This document shows, piece after piece, positions 20,942-29,213 of a stretch of DNA of 64,000 bases (within the stretch, counting starts at the first letter, position 1; the number at the start of each line of letters is the position of its first letter). Origin of the DNA: Deltaproteobacteria bacterium. GTDB taxonomy: Bacteria; Desulfobacterota; Binatia; Binatales; Binataceae. Made by a program: the position numbers and the translations under genes. Under the pieces are notes generated by a model that worked only from the letters and a program-made list of their open reading frames with translations, searched no databases and was not told the origin of the DNA. The DNA is taken from NCBI GenBank assembly GCA_021817345.1, contig JAKAVC010000134.1, positions 4,311 through 68,310 of the forward strand, given 5' to 3'.

Positions 20942-21603
20942 CGGTCTTGACCAAGGTAAACGACTGCCGGGCCCGGTACCGGGCCACGGTCGAAATCAGA
21001 AATTCTATGCGCCGCAGGCTTTTTCAAGTTTCGAACTAGCTATCGAACCACACGGCGCACGCCGGGGCAAGCGCTCGCGCCCCGACAAATCCGAACCCCG
21101 CGAAGCATCGTACGCGAGGATGCAGCGTCGAGCGCGAGCCCGAGGATCACTCTTGGCGGCAGACTCTGGGTCCCCGAGGCGAGGCCATCAGGCTCGCTCA
21201 AGGCCCGCCGCGCGTTCTCGTGCTCGCGCCTCCCATCGCCAACTCGATGTCAACGGCTGACATCAAAGCGCATTAAAGGTAGCCGTTGAACATTTGCAAC
21301 AAGATAGGAGGTCGGGGTAGGTTTCTGCACGAAACACGGCTAAAGAAGCCAAAGGAAGCTGGGATAAGGCATCCTGACCAGCGCTGCCACGCCGCTCGCC
21401 GCCGGACGCTGACAAGCCATTTTTTCAGGTTCAGATGAAGCGGGGGAAGTTGCCCTCCACTAGGGGAGTCAAGGCAACGGCCTACCACAAACAAATACGG
21501 GAACGCGGCCCCCCACCAGGCATCCGAACAGCGCTCTCGCTGCATCTGTCAAGGAATAACCTGAGGAGGCCTTCGGACCTTCTGGGAAGCACAGGGGCAA
21601 ACA

Positions 21604-22215
21604 ATGAACAAGAAAAGATTTTCGTTAGGGCCGGTTTCGCTCTTTTTGGCCGCTTCGGGACTTTGCGGCTGCTACGCCGTGCCGGGCAAGGTGAGCGGCG
21701 GCGGATGGATGCCGTCTGCCTCTGGAACGCCGGGTCAAAAGGCGGTTTTCGGCTTCAACGGAGATTCATGCGATGGGCAGACGACGGGGCACATAACCTA
21801 CGTCGATAAGAACGCCAACGTCCCAGGCCTTAGTGGCGGAATCATGATGAGGAGCACGCAGATTCTTGAGGCAAAATTGTGCAATGGATCAACCTCAGGA
21901 ACTTTTAGCGGGGCGTGCTCATTATGTAGTTCGGCGCTCGAATCGGTTGGCGTAAGCGTTGCGCCGCCCGCCACGCCGCCCCCGATGTACGCGGTATTGT
22001 TTGACTATGCTTCGATGAATCCGGCGGTTGAAACTCCGACCCCGGCACCCGAAGCGCTTGTTTGCGCGATCGACAATGGGCAGGGAGGCACCGCCACCGG
22101 TGACGATTTTGTGCTGATCGGAGCGCAGCCGCCGTTCGGCAGCAGCAGTAGTGGCTCGATCCTCAATTTCGGCTACGCGGAAGGAAACATCAAAGCCCAT
22201 AGTTGCGGGCAGTGA
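21604..22215 (+). CDS. hypothetical lipoprotein
   Basis: Lipobox LAASGLC|G. Gly/Ser/Thr-rich 203-aa protein. Locally lower GC content. Confidence 0.5.
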   Translation: MNKKRFSLGPVSLFLAASGLCGCYAVPGKVSGGGWMPSASGTPGQKAVFGFNGDSCDGQTTGHITYVDKNANVPGLSGGIMMRSTQILEAKLCNGSTSGTFSGACSLCSSALESVGVSVAPPATPPPMYAVLFDYASMNPAVETPTPAPEALVCAIDNGQGGTATGDDFVLIGAQPPFGSSSSGSILNFGYAEGNIKAHSCGQ

Positions 22216-22362
22216 ATCCCGGGCGTGGCCCCGAGGCCCGGCTGGCCTGAAACGGCGGCAATTCGTACCGAAAACACCAGTAGACGGAAACTTTCAACTC
22301 CACGAGGCTAATCGAGTTCAACCCAATCATCCTGGGCTGACCGAACGGGAGCGGCAGTCGGG

Positions 22363-22400
22363 CGGAGGTAACACGCCTCCGCCCGCGTTCTTTTCGCCGA
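22363..22400 (+). terminator. rho-independent terminator after the lipoprotein gene
   Basis: GGGCGGAGGtaacacgCCTCCGCCC followed by GCGTTCTTTT. Confidence 0.6.
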
Positions 22401-22556
22401 TTTCGCCTGAACCCGCCAGCGCGCAACGACAGACGCACGCATAACCTAGTGCGTGCCCCTGTCGCCTTCTCCGACCGCCGCAATTCCTGTCCCGTGCCGA
22501 CTTGTCGGCCACTCCCCGAAGAGGGCGTGCGATGATAACCTCATAGGTGCTCCGCC

Positions 22557-23939
22557 GTGTACGTCCAGGACACGATCGTCGCGCCCGCAACCGCGCCCGG
22601 CCAGGGCGCCGTCGCGATCGTCCGCCTTTCAGGACCACGTGCGCTCGCGATTCTCGACTCGCTATGGAAGCCGCTTCGCTCCGGCATCAAACCCGAGCCG
22701 CGGAAGATGGTCCTGGGTGAGATTATCGATCCGGCGACGGGCGCCATCCTCGATCGCGCGATAGCCGTCCGCATGCCCGCTCCTCGCACCTTCACCGGCG
22801 AGGATGTCGCGGAGCTTCATTGCCACGGCGGCATGTACCTCGTTCGGCGAATCCTCGCAGCCGCGATGGCGGCCGGGGCGCGGATGGCCGAGCCGGGCGA
22901 GTTCACCCGCCGCGCGTTTCTGAATGGGCGTATCGATCTGACCGAAGCCGAAGCGATCGCGGACCTCGTGGCCGCCCGCAGCGAAGGCGCGCTAAGGCTG
23001 GCTCTCGGCCAGATGGCCGGTGCTCTCAGCGGAAAAATAGCAAAGCTCAGGGATCAGCTCGTCTCCATCCGCGCGCATCTCGAGGCCGAGATAGATTTCG
23101 CCGACGAGGACCTGGATCTCCCGTCCCGTGGCGAAATTGCATCATCGATTGGGAGGCTCGCCGACGATGTAGCGATTTTGCATCAGAGCTTCGTGGTCGG
23201 CCGGATCACGCGCGAGGGCGCGCGCGCCGTCATCCTGGGAAAGCCCAACGTCGGCAAGTCCAGCGTGCTCAACCTGATTCTCGGAGTCGAGCGTGCGATC
23301 GTCACCGCCGTCCCCGGCACCACCCGCGACGTGATCGAGGACTCGATTCAGCTCGGTCCCTTGCAGCTCGTCCTGCAGGACACCGCCGGCGTTCGCGAAA
23401 GGGCCGATGAGGTCGAAAGTATCGGAATTTCGCGGACTTTCAGCTCGCTCGCCGAGGCCGACCTGGTCCTCGCCGTGTTCGACTCGGCCCGTCCGCTCGA
23501 CGCCGAGGACGCTATGGTTATCGAGCGATGCCGCGGGCGAAGCGGCGTCGCTCTGCTTAACAAGCGCGACCTGCCGCCCGTCACAAGCGCGGAGAATCTC
23601 CGCTCGGCTGGGCTCGCGATGCCGATAGTTCCGTTCTCGGCGCTTCGTGGCGAGGGACTTGAATCGCTACGCACGGAGATCGCACGGCTGGTCGAGGAGA
23701 TGGCCGCGCCGGGGCTTGCCTCGGGCGTCGCAATCTCCCGCGAACGCCATCGCGCCTCGCTTGACCGCGCGCTAAAGGCGCTTTCGGCGGCGCAAGAGAG
23801 CCTTCGGTCCGCGATGCCGCCCGAGATCGTCGCGGTCGACGTCGCGGCGGCCGCCGACGCACTCGGCGAAATCACCGGGGAGATCCATCGCGAGGACATC
23901 TTGGACGCGATTTTCCGCGAATTCTGCATCGGAAAATGA
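22557..23939 (+). CDS. mnmE: tRNA uridine-5-carboxymethylaminomethyl modification GTPase MnmE
   Basis: GTG start. G-domain motifs GKPNVGKSS and DTAG. C-terminal CIGK. Confidence 0.93.
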   Translation: MYVQDTIVAPATAPGQGAVAIVRLSGPRALAILDSLWKPLRSGIKPEPRKMVLGEIIDPATGAILDRAIAVRMPAPRTFTGEDVAELHCHGGMYLVRRILAAAMAAGARMAEPGEFTRRAFLNGRIDLTEAEAIADLVAARSEGALRLALGQMAGALSGKIAKLRDQLVSIRAHLEAEIDFADEDLDLPSRGEIASSIGRLADDVAILHQSFVVGRITREGARAVILGKPNVGKSSVLNLILGVERAIVTAVPGTTRDVIEDSIQLGPLQLVLQDTAGVRERADEVESIGISRTFSSLAEADLVLAVFDSARPLDAEDAMVIERCRGRSGVALLNKRDLPPVTSAENLRSAGLAMPIVPFSALRGEGLESLRTEIARLVEEMAAPGLASGVAISRERHRASLDRALKALSAAQESLRSAMPPEIVAVDVAAAADALGEITGEIHREDILDAIFREFCIGK

Positions 23940-24054
23940 ACGGAAATTACGCGAGAAATCACCGAAGTATAACAAGATAGATATATTATTCTACTTATAG
24001 TATGGTCAAGCTTGCCGGGTGCCTGCGGCCCGTAATAATCTGGGCCTTCTCCCT

Positions 24055-25917
24055 ATGACTTACGACGTTATCGTGGTCGGCGCCGGACACGCCGGGATCG
24101 AGGCGTCGCTCGCCGCCTCCCGGATGGGCGCGCGAACGCTGATGCTCACGCTCAACCTCGACCATATCGGCCAGATGTCGTGCAACCCGGCGATAGGCGG
24201 GATCGGCAAAGGGCACTTGGTTCGGGAGATCGACGCACTCGGCGGGGAGATGGGCGTCGCGATCGACGAGACCGGTATCCAGTTCCGCTTCCTCAATACC
24301 CGCAAGGGACCCGCCGTGCGCGCGCGCAGGGCCCAGGCCGACAAGGCCGCCTACCGCGCCCGGATGAAGCGCGTGCTCGAGTCCACACCCAATTTGCAAA
24401 TACGCCAGGCCAGTATCGAACGGTTGATAGTCGAAAACCGACACGTTGTCGGTGTTGAGTCGCAAATCGGCGAGACCTTCATGGCCCGTTCGGTTGTGCT
24501 CACTACCGGAACGTTCCTGAAGGGACTGATTCACGTGGGCGAGCGCAATTATCCCGCCGGACGAGCGGGCGATTTCGCCGCGATGGGGCTGAGCGAGCAT
24601 CTGCGCGAACTCGGCTTCAGAATCGGCCGGCTCAAGACCGGAACCTGTCCGCGGCTCGACGGGCGCACTATCGATTACTCGGAGCTGGAAGTTCAGCCCG
24701 GCGATGACCCGCCGCCGCCGTTCTCCTTTCGCACTGCACGTATCGAGCAGGCGCAGATTCCCTGCCATCTTACGTTTACCAACGCGGAAACCCATCGGAT
24801 AATCCGCGAGAATATCGGCCGCTCGCCGATGTACTCGGGCGTTATCCAGAGCCGCGGACCGCGCTATTGCCCGTCGGTCGAAGACAAGGTGATGCGCTTC
24901 GCGGGCAAGGAGCGGCATCAGATTTTCCTCGAACCCGAGGGACGCGATACGGTCGAGGTCTATCCCAACGGGCTTTCGACCAGCCTGCCGTTCGACGTGC
25001 AACTCGCGATGGTGCGCTCGATAAAGGGCCTTGAACGAGCGGAGGTGATGCGCCCGGGATATGCGATCGAATACGATTTCGCGGACCCCACCCAGTTGAA
25101 TTCATCCCTCGAAACCCGGCTGGTCGCGGGACTTTTCTTTGCCGGGCAGATAAACGGCACCACCGGCTACGAGGAAGCGGCTGCGCAAGGACTTATTGCC
25201 GGAATAAACGCGGCGCTTTCGGTAAGAAACGAGCCGGCGCTGATTCTTGGGCGTGATCAGGCGTATATCGGCGTGATGATCGACGACCTGGTAACGCGCG
25301 GAATCGGCGGAGAGCCGTACCGGATGTTCACCTCGCGGGCCGAATACCGGCTTGTTCTGCGCGAAGACAACGCCGATCGGCGGCTCATGCCAATAGGCGA
25401 ACGGCTGGGACTTGTCGGTGCGGCCGCAAGCGAGCGGCTTCGGCGAAAAAGCGAGCTGGTTGGCGCGGAAATCGAGCGCTTGCGGGCGGCGCTGGTTGCG
25501 AATAGCGACGAAAACAACGCAATTTTGCGGCAAAGTGGGTCATCGCCGATAAGCCAGGCGGTCCGCGCGATAGAACTGCTCAGGCGGCCGGAAATTTCAT
25601 ACGCAGTCGCGCTCAGGATGGCTGGGCTTGAGCCGATCCTCGACTTCGACCAGGCGGCGGAGCTGGAAATCGAGATCAAATACGACGGATACGTGCGCCG
25701 GCAGTTGGAGGCGGTCGAGCGCTTCAAACGGCTTGAGGATACTCCGATACCCAATTGGGTCGATTTTCACGCCGTGCAGGGCCTGTCGACTGAAGCGCGA
25801 GAGCGGCTGTCGAGGTCGCGTCCGCGATCGCTTGGGCAGGCGGCGCGGATGCCGGGAATCACGCCTGCGGCGGTTTCGCTGCTGGCGGTGCATTTGAAGG
25901 CCGGGCACGGACGCTGA
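24055..25917 (+). CDS. mnmG: tRNA uridine 5-carboxymethylaminomethyl modification enzyme MnmG (GidA)
   Basis: N-terminal FAD motif YDVIVVGAGHAGIEA. Highly conserved GidA body. The ORF track begins 36 nt upstream at 24019. Confidence 0.93.
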   Translation: MTYDVIVVGAGHAGIEASLAASRMGARTLMLTLNLDHIGQMSCNPAIGGIGKGHLVREIDALGGEMGVAIDETGIQFRFLNTRKGPAVRARRAQADKAAYRARMKRVLESTPNLQIRQASIERLIVENRHVVGVESQIGETFMARSVVLTTGTFLKGLIHVGERNYPAGRAGDFAAMGLSEHLRELGFRIGRLKTGTCPRLDGRTIDYSELEVQPGDDPPPPFSFRTARIEQAQIPCHLTFTNAETHRIIRENIGRSPMYSGVIQSRGPRYCPSVEDKVMRFAGKERHQIFLEPEGRDTVEVYPNGLSTSLPFDVQLAMVRSIKGLERAEVMRPGYAIEYDFADPTQLNSSLETRLVAGLFFAGQINGTTGYEEAAAQGLIAGINAALSVRNEPALILGRDQAYIGVMIDDLVTRGIGGEPYRMFTSRAEYRLVLREDNADRRLMPIGERLGLVGAAASERLRRKSELVGAEIERLRAALVANSDENNAILRQSGSSPISQAVRAIELLRRPEISYAVALRMAGLEPILDFDQAAELEIEIKYDGYVRRQLEAVERFKRLEDTPIPNWVDFHAVQGLSTEARERLSRSRPRSLGQAARMPGITPAAVSLLAVHLKAGHGR

Positions 25918-25924
25918 TAGGTGA

Positions 25925-26659
25925 TTGTTTCACGTGAAACGGCCGCGCGAGATCCAGACCGAGAATGCTCCGTGCATAATCGGCGCCGCGGTTCGCGAGC
26001 GCGTGATCGAGCGCTTGGTAAAATTCGGCTATAGGCCCGCCGAACCAGAGAAATTCCCCGAACGGATCGCCAAATTCGCCGAAAACCTGGCACTCTGGGG
26101 CGCAACGACCAGCCTCACTGCCCGTCCCGAAGACCCGGCCGAAATAGCCTTCCATGTAATTGACAGCCTGATGCCGGCGGTTATCGCGGCGGGACCGGAG
26201 CCCGGGCTGTTGGCGGCGGCGTTTGACGCCGGTCGCAGGGTGCTCGACGTGGGAAGTGGAGCCGGGTTTCCGGGCCTGATTCTCGCCGCAGCCACGCAGG
26301 CGGCGTTTACCCTGGCAGAGTCGCGGCGCAAGCGCGCGAGCTTTCTCTCGGTCGCAGCCGCCGAGATGGGACTGGTCAATGTCACTATCGAAACTGCCCA
26401 TATCACGCCCTCGCGATGCGTGCCCGAGTTCGACGTGGTCACTGCGCGGGCGGTTGGCGAACCGGGCGCGTTCTATGCGCTCGCGGGCGGCACGCTTCGT
26501 CCCTCGGGCCTTGCGATACTCTACGCAAGCCCCTCGCAACGGCTGAGCCTTGCCGCGGCAGGCGTGGCCGGACTGAGCGGATATACGCGGCGGCTTTACG
26601 CGGTCGAGCGCGACGGCGTGACAGTCGAAAGAGTGCTCGCGATCTGGCGCAAGAGCTGA
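25925..26659 (+). CDS. rsmG: 16S rRNA (guanine527-N7)-methyltransferase RsmG (GidB)
   Basis: SAM-binding VLDVGSGAGFPGLILA. The reported TTG start overlaps a parS site, so the true start is probably further downstream. Confidence 0.85.
   Translation: MFHVKRPREIQTENAPCIIGAAVRERVIERLVKFGYRPAEPEKFPERIAKFAENLALWGATTSLTARPEDPAEIAFHVIDSLMPAVIAAGPEPGLLAAAFDAGRRVLDVGSGAGFPGLILAAATQAAFTLAESRRKRASFLSVAAAEMGLVNVTIETAHITPSRCVPEFDVVTARAVGEPGAFYALAGGTLRPSGLAILYASPSQRLSLAAAGVAGLSGYTRRLYAVERDGVTVERVLAIWRKS
25927..25942. promoter_or_regulatory. parS centromere-like site (TGTTTCACGTGAAACG)
   Basis: Matches 15 of 16 positions of the tGTTTCACGTGAAACa ParB-binding consensus. Confidence 0.8.
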
Positions 26660-26769
26660 CCGCAGGGGCATGTCGCGAAAAGTGCAACCAGATCGCGGAA
26701 TTGGCAGACCCGCGCTGGTAAAGGTTTGATTTTGCGGACGGCTCGCGTAGATTAAGTTCACGTCGGTGC

Positions 26770-26785
26770 GGTTTCACGTGAAACC
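26770..26785. promoter_or_regulatory. parS centromere-like site (GGTTTCACGTGAAACC, perfect palindrome)
   Basis: Palindrome matching the parS core, immediately upstream of parA. Confidence 0.8.
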
Positions 26786-26810
26786 GCACGCGCCGGATCT
26801 CGATGCGGGG

Positions 26811-27608
26811 TTGGAAGTGGGGCGGGTAATAGCGATCGCGAACCAGAAGGGTGGCGTCGGCAAGACGACCACCGCGATCAATCTGGCGGTCGCTCTCTCC
26901 CAGGCGGGACGCAGCGTTCTCCTCGTCGACCTCGATCCGCAAGGCAATGCCACTTCGGGTCTTGTTTCATCTCCAGAGGCCCGCGAAGAAATCCGACAAC
27001 GCAAGAGTATCTATCAGGCACTCGTCCTCGACGTGCCACTCTCCGAGATAGTCCTTCAAGTCCGGCCCAGCCTGGTTCTTGCGGCCGCCGGTCCCGAGTT
27101 GGTCGGCGCCGAGATAGAGCTTGTCACGATGGAAGGCCGGGAACGACGGCTGCTGGCGTTGTTAGGTGCGGATGCACGGCAATATAACTATGTTTTATTA
27201 GATACGCCGCCGTCGCTCGGCCTCCTTACGCTGAACGCCCTGGTCGCTGCCGACTCAGTGTTGGTGCCGATGCAATGCGAGTACTATGCGCTCGAAGGGC
27301 TCACTTCCTTGCTTGGAACCATCGGGCGCGTGCAGTCGAGGTTTCGCCCAACCCTCGAAATCGAAGGCCTGGTGCTCACGATGTTCGACGCGCGCAACCG
27401 CCTCAGCCACGAGATTTCTCGCGAAGTCAGGGAGCATTTTCCGCACAAGGTTTTCAAGACCGTGATACCGCGCAACGTGAGACTCTCGGAGAGCCCGAGT
27501 CACGGCCTTTCCGTGCTCGAGTACGAACCCAGGTCGGCTGGCGCCGAAAGTTACCGGGCGCTGGCCCAGGAGATTTTGGCGCGCGAAGACGCCGTCGGTA
27601 TCCATTAA
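26811..27608 (+). CDS. parA: chromosome partitioning ATPase ParA/Soj
   Basis: Deviant Walker A motif IAIANQKGGVGKTTTAINLA. Likely TTG (26811) or GTG (26817) start. The ORF-track start at 26766 is an artefact of translating the parS site. Confidence 0.9.
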   Translation: MEVGRVIAIANQKGGVGKTTTAINLAVALSQAGRSVLLVDLDPQGNATSGLVSSPEAREEIRQRKSIYQALVLDVPLSEIVLQVRPSLVLAAAGPELVGAEIELVTMEGRERRLLALLGADARQYNYVLLDTPPSLGLLTLNALVAADSVLVPMQCEYYALEGLTSLLGTIGRVQSRFRPTLEIEGLVLTMFDARNRLSHEISREVREHFPHKVFKTVIPRNVRLSESPSHGLSVLEYEPRSAGAESYRALAQEILAREDAVGIH

Positions 27609-27620
27609 GGAGGACAGGAG

Positions 27621-28538
27621 ATGATTCGTAAGCCTTTGGGCCGCGGTCTGGACGCTCTTATCGGAGGCGGCGACGGCGAGAACGCTGCTCGGCCGCGCGA
27701 GGCAGGCCCGGGCGTTACGATGACGCCGGTGGCGCAGATTCTTCCCGGTCCCTATCAGCCGCGCCAGAGTTTCAACCCCGAGCGTCTCGAGGAGTTGCGC
27801 CGCGCGATCGAGAGCCAGGGAGTAATCGAGCCGTTGATTGTCCGCCGCGCGGCAAGCGCGGCCGACGGCCCGCGCTACGAATTGATCGCCGGTGAGCGCA
27901 GGTTGCGCGCGGCCCGCGCCGCCGGACTCGAAACCGTGCCGGTCATCGTGCGCGAGCTTAACGACCGCGCGGCGCTCGAGATGTCGCTGGTCGAGAACCT
28001 CGCGCGCGAGGAACTGAACGCGGTCGAGGAAGGGCGGGCATTCGCCCGCCTGAGCCGCGAGTTCGGGCTCAGCCACGATCAGATTGCGGCGCGAATCGGC
28101 AAAAGCCGCCCGCACGTGAGCAACGCTATCCGGCTTCTTGACCTGCCCGAGCCAGTGCTCGAAATGATCGCCGAGGGAAGGCTGAGCGCGGGACAGGCCC
28201 GGCCGCTGCTTGCGCTGCCGAGCGCCGAGGCGCGCCTTTCGGCGGCCCGCAGGATAGTCGAAGGCGGAATCAACGCGCGCGGCGCGGAGGAGATCGCTTC
28301 GGCCCATCGCCGGCGCAACGGCGGCGCGTCGCACGGCGCCAGTCACGCTTCCGATCCCAATCTGAACGCGCTTGTCGAGGAGCTGCAGCGCGCGCTCAAA
28401 CGCAAGGTCCGGGTGGTTCGCCGGCGCGGAAAAACTCCTGGCCGCCTGGAGCTCGATTACTACGACGACAACGATTTGACGGCGCTGGCGGCGATGCTCG
28501 CGGCCGCCGGTTCGCGCCTCGCCTCCGCGCATCAATGA
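27621..28538 (+). CDS. parB: chromosome partitioning protein ParB/Spo0J
   Basis: ParB box GERRLRAA plus helix-turn-helix region. Confidence 0.92.
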   Translation: MIRKPLGRGLDALIGGGDGENAARPREAGPGVTMTPVAQILPGPYQPRQSFNPERLEELRRAIESQGVIEPLIVRRAASAADGPRYELIAGERRLRAARAAGLETVPVIVRELNDRAALEMSLVENLAREELNAVEEGRAFARLSREFGLSHDQIAARIGKSRPHVSNAIRLLDLPEPVLEMIAEGRLSAGQARPLLALPSAEARLSAARRIVEGGINARGAEEIASAHRRRNGGASHGASHASDPNLNALVEELQRALKRKVRVVRRRGKTPGRLELDYYDDNDLTALAAMLAAAGSRLASAHQ

Positions 28539-29125
28539 AGAACGGCCCGCCGGCGGGAGCGCGCCCCCTGCGGCGATGCGCCTGGGCGCGCGGCGATCTC
28601 GCGCTTGCCTATCATGACGAGGAATGGGGCGTTCCGCTCCACGACGACCGGCGCCTGTTCGAGTTCCTGGTGCTCGAAGGAGCGCAGGCCGGGCTTAGCT
28701 GGGACACGATTCTTCGAAAGCGCGAGAATTACCGAAAGGCGTTCGCCCGGTTCGATCCCGAGACGGTTGCGCGGTTCGACGAGCGCGCGGTGAAGCGCCT
28801 GCTCGCCGATCCGGGAATCGTCCGCAACCGTCTGAAGATACTTTCGGCGATTCGAAACGCCGAAGCGTTTCTTCGCGTGCGCGACGAGTTCGGAAGCTTC
28901 GACGCCTACATCTGGCGGTTCGTCGAGGGGAGTCCGAAGCGCAACGCGTGGCGCTCGGCGAAGCAGATTCCCGCACGCACCGCGGAGTCCGACGCGATGA
29001 GCAAGGAGCTCAAGCGCCGCGGCTTCAATTTCGTCGGCTCAACCATCTGCTACGCCTTCATGCAGGCGGTCGGGATGGTGAACGATCACCTGGTGGGCTG
29101 CTTCCGCTACCGCGAGATTCGCTGA
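28535..29125 (+). CDS. tag: DNA-3-methyladenine glycosylase I
   Basis: Tag family signature (CAWA...DEEWGVP...LEGAQAGLSWDTIL). ATGA overlap with the parB stop. Confidence 0.9.
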   Translation: MKNGPPAGARPLRRCAWARGDLALAYHDEEWGVPLHDDRRLFEFLVLEGAQAGLSWDTILRKRENYRKAFARFDPETVARFDERAVKRLLADPGIVRNRLKILSAIRNAEAFLRVRDEFGSFDAYIWRFVEGSPKRNAWRSAKQIPARTAESDAMSKELKRRGFNFVGSTICYAFMQAVGMVNDHLVGCFRYREIR

Positions 29126-29213
29126 TCGGAGCATGCCAAACGGGGTAGGCTGTGGACCTCGTTCTATCGAGTCGATAAGAGTCCCTAGTTCGCGCCAGCG
29201 CCTCGCCGCTCTT

